DNA of 64,000 nucleotides, taken from positions 49,476,001 through 49,540,000 of the forward strand of contig NC_042999.1 of assembly GCF_006345805.1 (NCBI RefSeq), written 5' to 3'. The notes under the pieces were generated by a model that was not told the DNA's origin, did no database searches, and worked only from the letters and a program-made list of their open reading frames with translations. The DNA comes from Octopus sinensis. Lineage: Eukaryota. A program made the position numbers and the translations under genes. Positions 52,662 through 64,000 of the stretch are shown in pieces; positions within the stretch are counted from its first letter, which is position 1, and every line of letters begins with the position of its first letter.

Positions 52662-52903
52662 AGTGGTTGTATACTGTCAACATAACGTGACAGTCCCGTA
52701 AGGGAATTACATCACTGCTGTTTAGCCCTAGGAAGCATCGACGCTTCCTGTCGGATTTAACACATTTCCTGTGTCTTATATTTGCGAAGGGGAGGCGAAA
52801 TGTGTCAAAGCCGACAGGAAGTGTCGATGCTTCCTAGGGCTAAACTGCGGTGGTGTAATTCCCTTACGGGACTGTCACGTCATGTTGACAGTATACAACC
52901 ACT
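52662..52903. repeat. Fold-back with ~107-bp arms, same family as the 49688 repeat
   Basis: AGTGGTTGTATACTGTCAAC..ACACATTT / AAATGTGT..GTTGACAGTATACAACCACT. Confidence 0.9.
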
Positions 52904-53534
52904 ATATATATATATATATATAAGTTCGCATATATGTTTAAATGTATACTGTATGTGACACACAGATATGTTGTTAACGTATCTAACTTCAGACAAAATG
53001 ATAACGCAGGTGACATTTGCGGACGTTCAGATTCACAATTTTACTATCAAAGAGTGAACTCGTGTCGTTTCTCTTTGGGCAGCAAATGTATATTCGTTAC
53101 ATTGACTTCTCTTTTTCCCCAGTTGATAACCAGAAGCAAAACACTCTATCTAATACATCTCACTAGCGGAGAACTGATAAATTTTGACGAGTCAAAACTT
53201 TTTGGAACGTCCTGCTAACAGTCCGCCTGCAAACAAGCAGATAGGCTGATGCAGCCGTATGTAATTACTTTACCTTACAAATGTAATTTAGTGATAGCTT
53301 TCAGTTAAGATGTCAGTGATGGTGACAAGTGAAGAATGAGAACTTTCTGATTGCCAATATTCTTAGATCCTTCATAAATTGAGTAAAAATTATTGGTTAT
53401 TATGCAAAATTAATACCCTTGATTTGTCTCATCAATCGGGTTTTATAGCTCAACAGTTTTGTGCAAAGAAAAATAGGTGTAAAGCATATATCTTAATCGT
53501 TTCAATTATTTGGCTGATGCTATGCCAGACCATC

Positions 53535-53688
53535 GCCTTGGAGAGTTTTAGTCGAACATATCGACCCTGGGACTTATGTCTAAAGGATGGTACTTATTCT
53601 ATCAGTTCTTTAACGAAACCGATAGGTTACGGGGACGTAAGCACACAAACAAGCGATGATGTTGGTTGACAAGCGATGATGGGGCTCG

Positions 53689-53726
<38 letters not shown>

Positions 53727-53855
53727 ACATAATACGACGCGGACTCCTTTCAGTTTCTGTCTACCATATCCACTCACAAGACTTTGGTCGGCTCAAGGCT
53801 ATGGAAGAAGACGCTTGCCCAGGATTCCACTCAATGGAACTGTGGTTGGGAAACA
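53535..53855 (-). mobile_element. Degraded CORE-type SINE
   Basis: Colinear with the 8396 family. Confidence 0.75.
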
Positions 53856-53895
53856 AGAGAGGGAGAAAATATAGAGATATTATAAAGAGATAATA

Positions 53896-55146
53896 TTGGG
53901 TTAGCAACTAAGTTCCCGCGTTTCTTTTAGATTTTGGAATTTATTGCGTTTTTAAAATTTAGAATCTATTTTTGAATCATTTTCTAATCTCTTGTTTTTT
54001 CCTAGTTAATTTTTGTTTATTTTCAGATCATTAAAATGGAATGTCAAGTTAAGAAAAAACGAGCATTTTCGATACCTCCTTCTTTTTGCTTTTAATCAAG
54101 GTTCTAAGGCTGCAAAATCTACTCGCGATATTTGTGCTGTGTATGAAGATGGTGCCATAGCTGAGAAAACCGCTCATAATTGGTATGCCAAGTTCAAAAA
54201 TAGAAATTTTGACCTGAAAGATGCACCTCGTCCTGGCCGTCCAGTTGACTTCGAGGAAGAGCGATTAAACCAACTTTTGCGCGAAGATTCTCGTCAGAAA
54301 AGGAAACTGGCAGAGAAAATGGAATGCTCCCACACTGCTATAGAGAAGCAACTTCACTCGATGGGAAAGGTTCAGAAGTATGGAGAATGGGTTCCACATG
54401 CTTTAAGTGACAACAACAAAAATCAACGAGCCACAATCTCCGCTGGTTTGCTTGCGCGTCACCGCTCAACTCATGGACACAAGCGACGATTTCTTTACCG
54501 AATAGTTACTGCCGACGAAAAAAGGTGCCTGTACATTAATATGAAGCTGCGTAAGGAATGGCTTAGCCCCGGTAAACAAGCGACACCGCGCGTGAAACAA
54601 GATCTTGATCTGCGTAAAACGATGTGGTGCGTATGGTGGGAATGGGATGGGATTATCCATTACGAATTGCTTGAACGGAACCAAACGGTCAACGTGGAAC
54701 ACTATGTTCAACAGATGGAACGACTCAACACGGCTATTTAAGAAAAAATACCTAATCGACAGCATGGAGTTCTTCTGCTGCACGACAACGCCCGCACTCA
54801 TATCGCCAAAATGACCAAGGAAGCCATTCAAACGCATGGTTGGGAAGTGCTTCCACAACCGCCGTATCTGATTTGGCACCAACGGATTTCAACCTCTTTC
54901 AATCTCTTTCAAATGCTATGCGTGGGTTTCGTTCAATACTGATGCAGAATTGAGAGCTTGGTTGGATCAATTTTTCGAGTCGAATTCGAGTGATTTCTAC
55001 CAACGAGGTATTGAAAATATTGTTGAACGTTGGGAAGAAGTTGTAAACAAGAGTGAATGCATTATTGATTAATTAGTTGTTATCTTTTATTAAACCTTTT
55101 AAAAAATTAAAATTAAAATACGGTGTGAACTTAGTTGCCAACCTAA
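53896..55146 (+). mobile_element. Full-length mariner transposon (mellifera-like TIRs), defective
   Basis: TA|TTGGGTTAGCAACTAAGTTC ... GAACTTAGTTGCCAACCTAA|TA. Confidence 0.93.
54036..55072 (+). pseudogene. Mariner transposase pseudogene (DD34D-type)
   Basis: MECQVK..EHFR..WVPHAL..IVTADEKR..HDNARTH..PPY-DLAPTDF, with frameshifts and a stop at 54739-54741. Confidence 0.9.
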
Positions 55147-55777
55147 TATATATGTGTGTGCGTGTGCGTGTGCGTGTGTGTGCGTGTGCGTGCGTGTGTG
55201 TGCGTGTGTGTTTGTGTGTGTATATTTATATACATATATGTGTATATATAAATATATATATATGTATACATATATTGTATATATATATATATATATGTAT
55301 ATACATATATCTATATGGTTATATATATATATATATGTATATATATATGGATATATATGTATATATATACATGTATATATATATATGGATATATATATAT
55401 ACATATATATGTATATACACATAAATATATGGATATATATGTATGTATGAATATATATATATATATATACATATATATGTATATACACATGCATATATGG
55501 ATATATATATATATATACACATATATATACATATATATACAATAGAAACCGATTGAACAACTACCAGTCTTTGGAAAAAAACAAGTGCTACAGTCGATGT
55601 GACAGTAAACCAGTCAAGGTGGTCATTCTGTATGACCGCATTGCAATGACTGGATCAAGTAAAAGAATTAGAAATATACGTAAACATAATCATGAGGCAT
55701 CGACTTGAATAATATAGATATCATTGTGTGTGTGTGTTTGTGTGTTTGTTTGTTTGTTTGTTTGTTTGTATATTGTA

Positions 55778-55819
<42 letters not shown>

Positions 55820-55962
55820 TCTGAGCGAATATAAATCCAAACTTACAGGGAAAAATTCAATTTTATTAATTATTTACATTTTATTGTTATTTTAATTTTA
55901 ATATTTCTATTATATGTAATTTTCTAGATGGTGTAATTTGAATCGATAAAATGTTTTTTTCA

Positions 55963-56007
<45 letters not shown>

Positions 56008-56012
<5 letters not shown>

Positions 56013-57490
56013 TCACCTCCCACATCATTAAAGTGTTTGAAAGAGTTTTAAGATCAAGGATAGCTGACTTCCTGGAGACCCACAAACTCCTAAATTCAAA
56101 TCAGCATGGCTTTCGCTGTGGCAGGGACTGTCTAACACAGCTCTTACACCACATTGAAGATGTACTCAAAGCCTTGGGAACAGGTTCGAACTCTGACGTC
56201 ATATATCTTGACTTCAGTAAAGCGTTCGACAGGGTAGACCATAACATCCTACTCTCGAAATTGGCAAACGTTGGAATCCGTGGAAAAGTTCTACACTGGA
56301 TTAAGTATTTCCTGGCGAATAGAACGCAACATGTTGTAGTTGATGGAGTCCACTCAAACCCAGCAAAAGTCACCAGCGGTATTCCCCAGGGAACTGTTTT
56401 GGGTCCGCTACTCTTCATAATTTACGTAAACGACCTTTCCAGTGTCGTACATCACTGCAAAGTGAAAATATTCGCTGATGACACTAAGCTCCAGCAAATC
56501 GTCAATGAAGAAGCAGACCGAACTCAACTCCAGTCTGATCTATATGCTGTGAGTCAATGGGCAGACAGAAACAAAATGCAACTGAATGAGGGAAAATTTG
56601 AGCTGATGCATTTTGGAAGAAATTCCTCACTAAAACAACCATACTCTCTTCCTTCAGGGGAACCGCTCACAGCCTCTAACAATATCAGAGACCTGGGTGT
56701 AATTGTTGATGACGATCTCAGTTGGAGTGCACACATCAACAAGAAGGTTGATATAGCTCGTAGGATGAGTTCCTGGATCTTAAGAACTTTCCGGTCCAGA
56801 GAACAAGGTGTCATCATACCACTTTTTTCCTCCTTTGTACGGCCACACCTTGAATACTGCTGCCCACTGTGGTCTCCTCACACAAGACAAAACATCTCCA
56901 GAATTGAGTCACCCCAGAGGGCTCTCACTAAACAAATTGAAGGCATGGCTGCTCTCGATTATTGGGATCGCCTTAAAACCTTGAAACTTTACTCCCTCCA
57001 GCGTCGCCGTGAGCGGTACATCATTTGTACGATGTGGAAAATATACCGCCAACTTTGCCCAAACGACCTAAACATTAGCTTCAAGGTCCATCCAAGACTT
57101 GGACCACGGGCTATACGTCCCCTGCCAAATTCAAGATCACAACATACATGTACACTGCAACATAATTTCTTTTCCTCAACAGGCCCTGCTCTATTTAACA
57201 TTGTCCCGAGGGAGATCAAAGAGGAAAAGGATCCCATCAACTTTAAACAGAGTCTGGATAGATTCCTTCAAAGAATACCAGATAAGCCACCCATAATTGG
57301 ATACAACTCACCCAACAAGAACTCACTACTTGAACAAAACTAGATACAACTCACCCAACAAGAACTCACTACTTGAACAAAACTTGACTTAAACAGGATT
57401 CGAATAATCCTATCAGGTGGTGCTATTAAGTTAGACATGGCCTGGACCAATCTCTGGTCGAAACATATCTAAGTTTTATCTAAGTTTTAT
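56008..57490 (+). mobile_element. 5'-truncated CR1/L2-group LINE inserted in (TA)n
   Basis: RT ORF plus 3'UTR ending in tandem ATCTAAGTTTT. (TA)n on both flanks. Confidence 0.88.
56033..57343 (+). CDS. LINE reverse transcriptase, C-terminal 436 aa, uninterrupted (no native start)
   Basis: QHGFR..DVIYLDFSKAFD..GIPQGTVLGPLLF..FADDTK..RDLGV..RPHLEYCCPLWSP. Confidence 0.9.
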   Translation: MFERVLRSRIADFLETHKLLNSNQHGFRCGRDCLTQLLHHIEDVLKALGTGSNSDVIYLDFSKAFDRVDHNILLSKLANVGIRGKVLHWIKYFLANRTQHVVVDGVHSNPAKVTSGIPQGTVLGPLLFIIYVNDLSSVVHHCKVKIFADDTKLQQIVNEEADRTQLQSDLYAVSQWADRNKMQLNEGKFELMHFGRNSSLKQPYSLPSGEPLTASNNIRDLGVIVDDDLSWSAHINKKVDIARRMSSWILRTFRSREQGVIIPLFSSFVRPHLEYCCPLWSPHTRQNISRIESPQRALTKQIEGMAALDYWDRLKTLKLYSLQRRRERYIICTMWKIYRQLCPNDLNISFKVHPRLGPRAIRPLPNSRSQHTCTLQHNFFSSTGPALFNIVPREIKEEKDPINFKQSLDRFLQRIPDKPPIIGYNSPNKNSLLEQN

Positions 57491-57504
57491 ATATATATAT
57501 ATAT

Positions 57505-57778
57505 AGGACAAACTGAGACTGACCATGGGATTGCACCTAGAAAGTTACCCTCCCAGGCACAAGTCCGGGCATAGTTGTTTATGGAAGACCAGCAGTCACC
57601 CATGCGCCACCAGTGTTATCCAAGGGAAAGCAAAAGGGGCCAGTGACGTCGCAACTCATTGAGTGAACTGGAGCAACGGGAAATAAAGTGTCTTGCTCAC
57701 GAACACAATACGAACCCGGTCCGGGAATCGAACTCCAACCTCACGATCGTAAGCTCGACGCTCTGACCATTGAGCCAT

Positions 57779-57782
<4 letters not shown>
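57505..57782 (-). mobile_element. tRNA-derived CORE-type SINE
   Basis: Minus head GCGCATGGCTCAATGGTCAGAGCG..GAGTTCGATTCCCGGACCGGG..GAGCAAGACACTTTA. Confidence 0.8.
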
Positions 57783-57818
<36 letters not shown>

Positions 57819-57914
57819 ATATATATATATATATATGTATGTGTATGTATGTGTATGTATATGTATGTATGTATATGTATATGTATGTATGTATATGTAT
57901 ATGTATGTATATAT

Positions 57915-57976
<62 letters not shown>

Positions 57977-58020
57977 TATGTATGTATATATGTATATGTA
58001 TTTATATATATATATATATG

Positions 58021-58052
<32 letters not shown>

Positions 58053-58117
58053 CAAACATATATATATATGTATATATATATATATACAAACATATATATA
58101 TATATATATATATACAA

Positions 58118-58198
<81 letters not shown>

Positions 58199-58767
58199 TG
58201 TATGTATGTATGTATGTATGTATATCCGTGTGTCGAGAGAGGGAGGCAGTGACAAATTTGCAAATTATACCAAAAAGAAACAGAAATGCGTGATAACAGT
58301 TGAAATAGTTTCGTTGGCATTGTCTGCTGTTCGATAAACCGATTTAGCTGCGACAATCTATATCGAACACAATAAAATCATCACATGAAGCTTTATTTTC
58401 AACATCAAAAGCAAAAATGCAGAATAAATGCACGTTACTGATATACCCGAAAGATGTGAATGTTGCAGATATATTCAAACGGAGTGGATATCACAAATAT
58501 ATTCAAAAGGCTTAAATGATAGAGACGCAGATTTGAACAGAGCACCATAACCTTGTTAATGAGTTTCACAAATACGCACCCGCTGTTCATGCACACTCAC
58601 ATATACGTACACACACACACACACTTCTATATATGTATATACATACTTATATATATATTTATGTGTATATAAATATACGTACATATATATGTATAGACAC
58701 ACACATATATATATGTATATATATATGTATATATATATATGTATATATATATGTATATATATATATG

Positions 58768-58798
<31 letters not shown>

Positions 58799-58944
58799 GT
58801 ATATATATGTATATATATGTATGTATATGTATGTATGTATATGTATGTATGTATATGTATGTATGTATATGTATGTATATATATGTATATAAATATGTAT
58901 GTATGTATGTATATATATATGTATAGACACACACACACACACAC

Positions 58945-58984
<40 letters not shown>

Positions 58985-59989
58985 TGTATGTGTCCGCTTG
59001 TGCCTGTATATATATGCATGTATACGAGTGTTTGTAGCATTTAATATGTCAGGGTATGCGTGAATGTTATTATTTCCATATTACGTAACTCTACAGCGTG
59101 GAAGAGAAAGTATGCGTATTGGAAGTAAGCGTCGAAATTAATTGGTTAAGTTGTTGGCAATGATAAGGCCGGATATGCTACACTGAACTTCTTCACAGTG
59201 GTTTATCTATATTTTTCCTCTACATATTTGTCATGCTGATGTAACTGTTAAAATCCCGGCGTCGGTATGTGTCAGTATAGGTTAGAAAAATTGATGACGT
59301 TTTGGTCTCATTTTATGCAAAAAAAAAGTGAACGAAATTGCTCCTCAGTTGATTGATCTGAAATATGGTTAAGGATGGTTCAGATACTGGCGCTTGCTTC
59401 ACTAAATAGAAGGACGAAATAGTGCATCATGTGAATTGTACAAAACGAGATGGCCTAATTTCTTGCTGCTTCTTGATATGGCAAAAAAGGTAGTTGTTGT
59501 TGGGGCTCTTAAGGACGTAGGTGTTCTAGCTGACTGCTGTATGAAAGTACTCACGCAAAGTAGTCCCGGTACCAGCTTGTCTGAATAAAAATTCTACTAC
59601 TAAGGAAACCAAACAGTATAGCTTTTGATTTATGTCTCATGTACCTTTTTAGTGCATATACAAATTAAATCCAATCAGTAATTGTTTCAACGTAAAAGAT
59701 TTCTAGTAATATTATGAAGAGATTTAAATCGTTTAAAAACGCCCCGAGAGCCCTAACATACCTTGAAAGGAATTTAATTAACATTCTGAGAAAACAGGGA
59801 AATTCATTTGATTTTTTAATGTGATTTTGTGTGAGAAATGTAATATATAACTAAACCAACATAAGCTTGTTCCGCAAGAAGCGCATGTGATTCTTTTCTT
59901 GCAGAATAAGCAATGTGATTAACCTCTCTTCCAATGTTACCGTATTGAATTTACTAATCCAGCAACGCTAAATTGAATGTTATTGTGAA

Positions 59990-61060
59990 CCTAAGAGGTT
60001 TTCAATGGTCCAAAATATTAAACCTTTGGCAGTTTGAGCCTAATGTTTTCACTAAGTCTGGGATTAAGTACCTGGTTGTACTGCAAAATACAGGGTCTTT
60101 TTTTTCAGTTGAATAATATATCTGTTGTGTCTGGGGAGAGCCATTTTCTTTTTGTGCCTTATAATGTAACACACTCAACGGTAAAATTTCCACTTATTTC
60201 TTATTTTTATTTTCCTAAAAGTTTCGTTATTGAAAATAAAATTGAAAGAGAATTGTTAATGAAACTTAGACTGTTTCAGCCGGAATGAAAAGTACAAGAA
60301 TCAATTTAAGCGAAATGACTAAACCAAGAATCCACACTACATTGCAATCATCTTGTAATGAGTTTACCATCACTACATTGTATGTACTAAGATGTCAGTG
60401 CACTTAGCTATGATGTTATATGAAATATTTATTTCGCAAAAACAGATTTCTTACATTTCGTTTTTGTATTTGGTTTGCAAGATTCTTTATTTGAGTTCGT
60501 GTGTTGAAGCATATTTTGTTGTGTCTGAAGAGAGGCATTTTCTTTTTGTGCCTAATAAGGTAAAACAGTCACCGGTAGAATTTCCACTTATTTCTTATTT
60601 TTTGCAAGACGCAACGAAAGTTTTAGGAAAATAAAAATAAGAAATAAGTGGAAATTTTACCGTTGGGTGTGTTACATTATAAGACACAAAAAGAAAATGA
60701 CACTCCCCAGACACAACAGATTTCTTACATAAAACCACTTATTTAGTTGAAAGCAAATTTATGATAAGAACCCAAGTCTGCATTATGTTAGTAACAAAAA
60801 ATTGTGGAAAGTTATTGTAAAAACTTACCGTCCTTCCAGTAGAATTAAATTCTTTGCTTATAAAGCATTTGTCCAATGAAAACGCATTGTTTGTTTTACT
60901 TTGCTCTTTTATGAGCAAACACGCCCCATGCTATACAAGATACCCAAAAACAGTAAAAATTGCAATAAAACCTTTTAGATGATTAAGGTCAGCTAAGGCT
61001 GTGTTTTATTCAGCAAGATTAAATATGTTTTCTAGATGTAATATATTTGATTACAAACTG
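59990..61060. repeat. Unclassified repeat with internal direct and inverted ~90-bp modules
   Basis: Module GTTGTGTCTG..CATTTTCTTTTTGTG..TTTCCACTTATTTCTTATTTTT at 60124 (+), 60516 (+) and 60632-60720 (-). Confidence 0.5.
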
Positions 61061-62340
61061 TAAATTTTCACCATGTCTATCAAATCGAATAAAATATCTA
61101 AAACAATTGCGACAGATAACATTTATGTTTTATAAATCAATTATCAACTTGAATTAGATGACAAATAAATTTGATTATGATTATTCGAGAAATAATTATA
61201 TTATATTCCACCTATCTTGAAAACTATAAATTATTCCTTTGATTTAACACATGTGTATCGTTTCGTTTTTCTTTCTCCTTACTAAATATAATCATACCTA
61301 TGAATTATAAATTGATGCTCATCTCCATAAGTAATGTTTTTATTATGTTCTACACATTAAGTATACAGAATCAAGATACTCAAAGCAACATGGTAATTCG
61401 TTTAATGTATGTAATTTCATCCTTCTATGATGTAAGTTCCAATTGCATTAGATTCTTCTTTGACTTTCATCTCTCCATTGTTTATAAAATATGTATCAGT
61501 TGTTTACGTGTAACTCCATTTCACTACTGATCAAGCAATTCTATTGAAAGTAAGTACGATTATTTACGAACTACAGATGATATGATCCAGATATACCGTG
61601 CCTACTGAGAGTATGTGAAGGGTTATTGCTGCTCAATGGCGAGTAAAGAAAGATGAAGGTTTTGTTCGCCTTGTTGTAATGCAATGAATGAGGAGAGAAA
61701 TGCAGCAGAGATGAAATGTAAGAGTGAAGAGGGGAGAGGAATATTCAGAAAGAAGCAGTGTGAGATCTGAATACGAAGGCGTCATTGGCGGGAAATGAAT
61801 GAGATGTAATAAACAGGAAAGAATTAAAAAAAAGAACAGAATGATGGTCAGAGAAATGTAAAGGAGGGAATGCTACGTAGGTGTGATAGTGGTATGGACA
61901 ATGCAATGAAGAGAGTATTCAACGTACATTACAGCTGTACAGGTATTCGCCTTCTTGTAGACACAATAATATATGTGTGATGGGTATGGAAGCTTGTAAA
62001 CGGAAGCACATACACAGATGTACGTGCACACATATAAACAGATGTATAGGTTTTCGCTTTGCGTTGTTTATGCATGAGTAGGAGCGGAATGTCGTAACCT
62101 GTAAATAATATTTCGTATGTATGTCTGCGCGTATATTAGGCTGGGCATGAGAGTAGTTTATTTTATGTAGAATTGTGTGTATATGTTTAAGATTGTCTAT
62201 TTGAGGTGGGTGTCTATAGGGTGTTGTACGTACGTTTGATGCAGACTCACAAGCCACATACTCCACTATTTTGCTCCATCAGCTCCTTTCCCCTCGTCAT
62301 ATACAGCTTTCCAGCCGGGTCAGCAACCTTTTCAATATAA

Positions 62341-62396
<56 letters not shown>

Positions 62397-62493
62397 GCAT
62401 ATGTATATATATACATATATATATATACATATACATGCACGTGTGTGTATGGGAGTGAGTATGCCCGTATGTATATCTATCTATTTATGTATT

Positions 62494-63353
62494 CAGGTTG
62501 CGTGGAATAAACTGTCGTCTGAATTACGCAAAAATGAAAATAACACTGACATCTCATTTTAACAGATATATTTACCAATATTACATTGAAATATCTTGAA
62601 ATACTAAAGAGTAAATTTATTCAATAAAATCGCCATTGGCTTCAACCACGGCCCCCAGACGACTTCGGAATCTCCTGCAACTCTTTTGGACGGTCTTCTT
62701 GTTTGAGATGGTGAATGCTGCCATAATTCTTGCCTTCAGTTCATCTTTGGCGCTACAAGGAGATTTTTTGGTCTCTCGCTCAACTGTGCCACACACATAT
62801 TAATCGAGGAGGCTGCAATTTGGAGATTTAGGTGGCCAGATGTTAGGGCTGATGTGGTGACAGAAATTGTCTGACAGCCATGACTAGGTTCTCTTGCCTG
62901 TGTGGCATGGTGCAGAGTCTTGTTGCCAGACATAGGATCTTCCAACTGCGACCCTCTTGACCCAGGGCAGCACTACCTCCTCCAGTTACTTGATGTAGAC
63001 CTCCGTGTTGAGTGTGAAGCCGTGTGGGAAGGTTAATGGAGGCATAACGTCACCATCACAAGTGATGGTTCCAAACACCATGACGTTGACTGAATGTTTG
63101 CTCGGTACATGTCCTCAGATTGACATCCAGACACTTTGAAATATTCATATTTGAGCTTCCGGAGTGAATTTTAAGCTGTACAGCATATCGTTTCCAAATT
63201 TCTGGCAGAATGAACTGCGTCATCGTGCTGTTTTTTCACAGACGGTGCCCAACTGATCCTACTGTACTGTGTCGTCGACAAAATCAAAAACAAACAATGC
63301 GCATGCGCGAAATTAAAAGTATAATCTGGCGACAATTTACCTATCGCAACCTG
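62494..63353 (-). mobile_element. maT-type (DD37D) Tc1/mariner element, internally deleted
   Basis: TIR cores CAGGTTGCG / CGCAACCTG|TA. Minus strand translates VWQQD-37 aa-D (QQDSAPCH..WPPKSPNCSLLD) with stops. Confidence 0.8.
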
Positions 63354-63456
63354 TATGTGTATGTGTGAATTCATTTATATGTATTCATATATGTATTCAT
63401 GTGTGTGTGTGTGTGTGTGTGTGTGCGTGCGTGTGCGTGCTTGTGTGTGTGTGAGC

Positions 63457-63680
63457 GTGCGCGTGGCTTAGTGGTTATGTCTTTCCTCCCGTGGTCATAA
63501 GATAGTAATGTCTATTCGTGGACCGGACGATGTTGGGCAAAACACTTCATTTCATCTACCTCCAGTAAACTCAAGTTGCAAAAATGAGTAAACCTGCGGC
63601 AGACCGGCGTCCCATCCAGGGAGAAAATATAAGCACCACAGAATCCAAGAAAGCGGCCTTATCAGCCTATGATCTGGGAA
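63457..63680 (+). mobile_element. Degraded tRNA-derived SINE
   Basis: GCGCGTGGCTTAGTGGTT..TTGGGCAAAACACTT..GACCGGCGTCCCATCCAGGG. Confidence 0.65.
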
Positions 63681-64000
63681 GGATATTTGACCTGTTTATA
63701 CGTGCTACATATATTTGTGTGTGTGATTTTATGTGTATTTGTTTGTATGTGCGTGCGTGTGTGTTTGTGCGTGTGAGTGTTTTTGTGTGCGTTTGTGCGT
63801 GTGTGCGTGTGTGAGTGTGTGAGTGTGTAACATAGTGAATTGAGATACTTTGATTAACTGAAAATTTGGGAAAATACAAAATGATGTAGGGAAATCTCAT
63901 CTATCAAGACTGTTGGCGAAAAAGCACCATTCTTCTTTACTCTCCATTAATGTACAAGACCCGAGGCCTTAGAGACCTTAGGTTTTCTATTTCACATGGA

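Overview
Animal, transposon-saturated non-coding DNA. The SINE families, (TA)n/(CA)n/(AAT)n/(GATA)n density and LINE set look like an Octopus genome; this is inferred from repeat recognition, not a database search. There is one 100-N scaffold gap. No host protein-coding gene could be supported, and most ORFs in the track are microsatellite artefacts. Recognisable elements: tRNA-derived SINEs of several families, R4/Dong-like REL LINE pieces sitting in (TAA)n, Tx1/L1, RTE and CR1-group LINE pieces, two mariners, a maT (DD37D) element, MITE, Helitron and Helentron pieces, and a 34-bp minisatellite. The standout is a ~6.5 kb quasi-palindromic Penelope-like (Naiad-type) element at 24380-30840. It has a GIY-YIG ORF missed by the ORF track, a very C-poor 3 kb 3' region, and a perfectly formed minimal hammerhead ribozyme in each arm. 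About six further hammerhead-bearing repeat families occur in the window, several as inverted pairs that all read outward.
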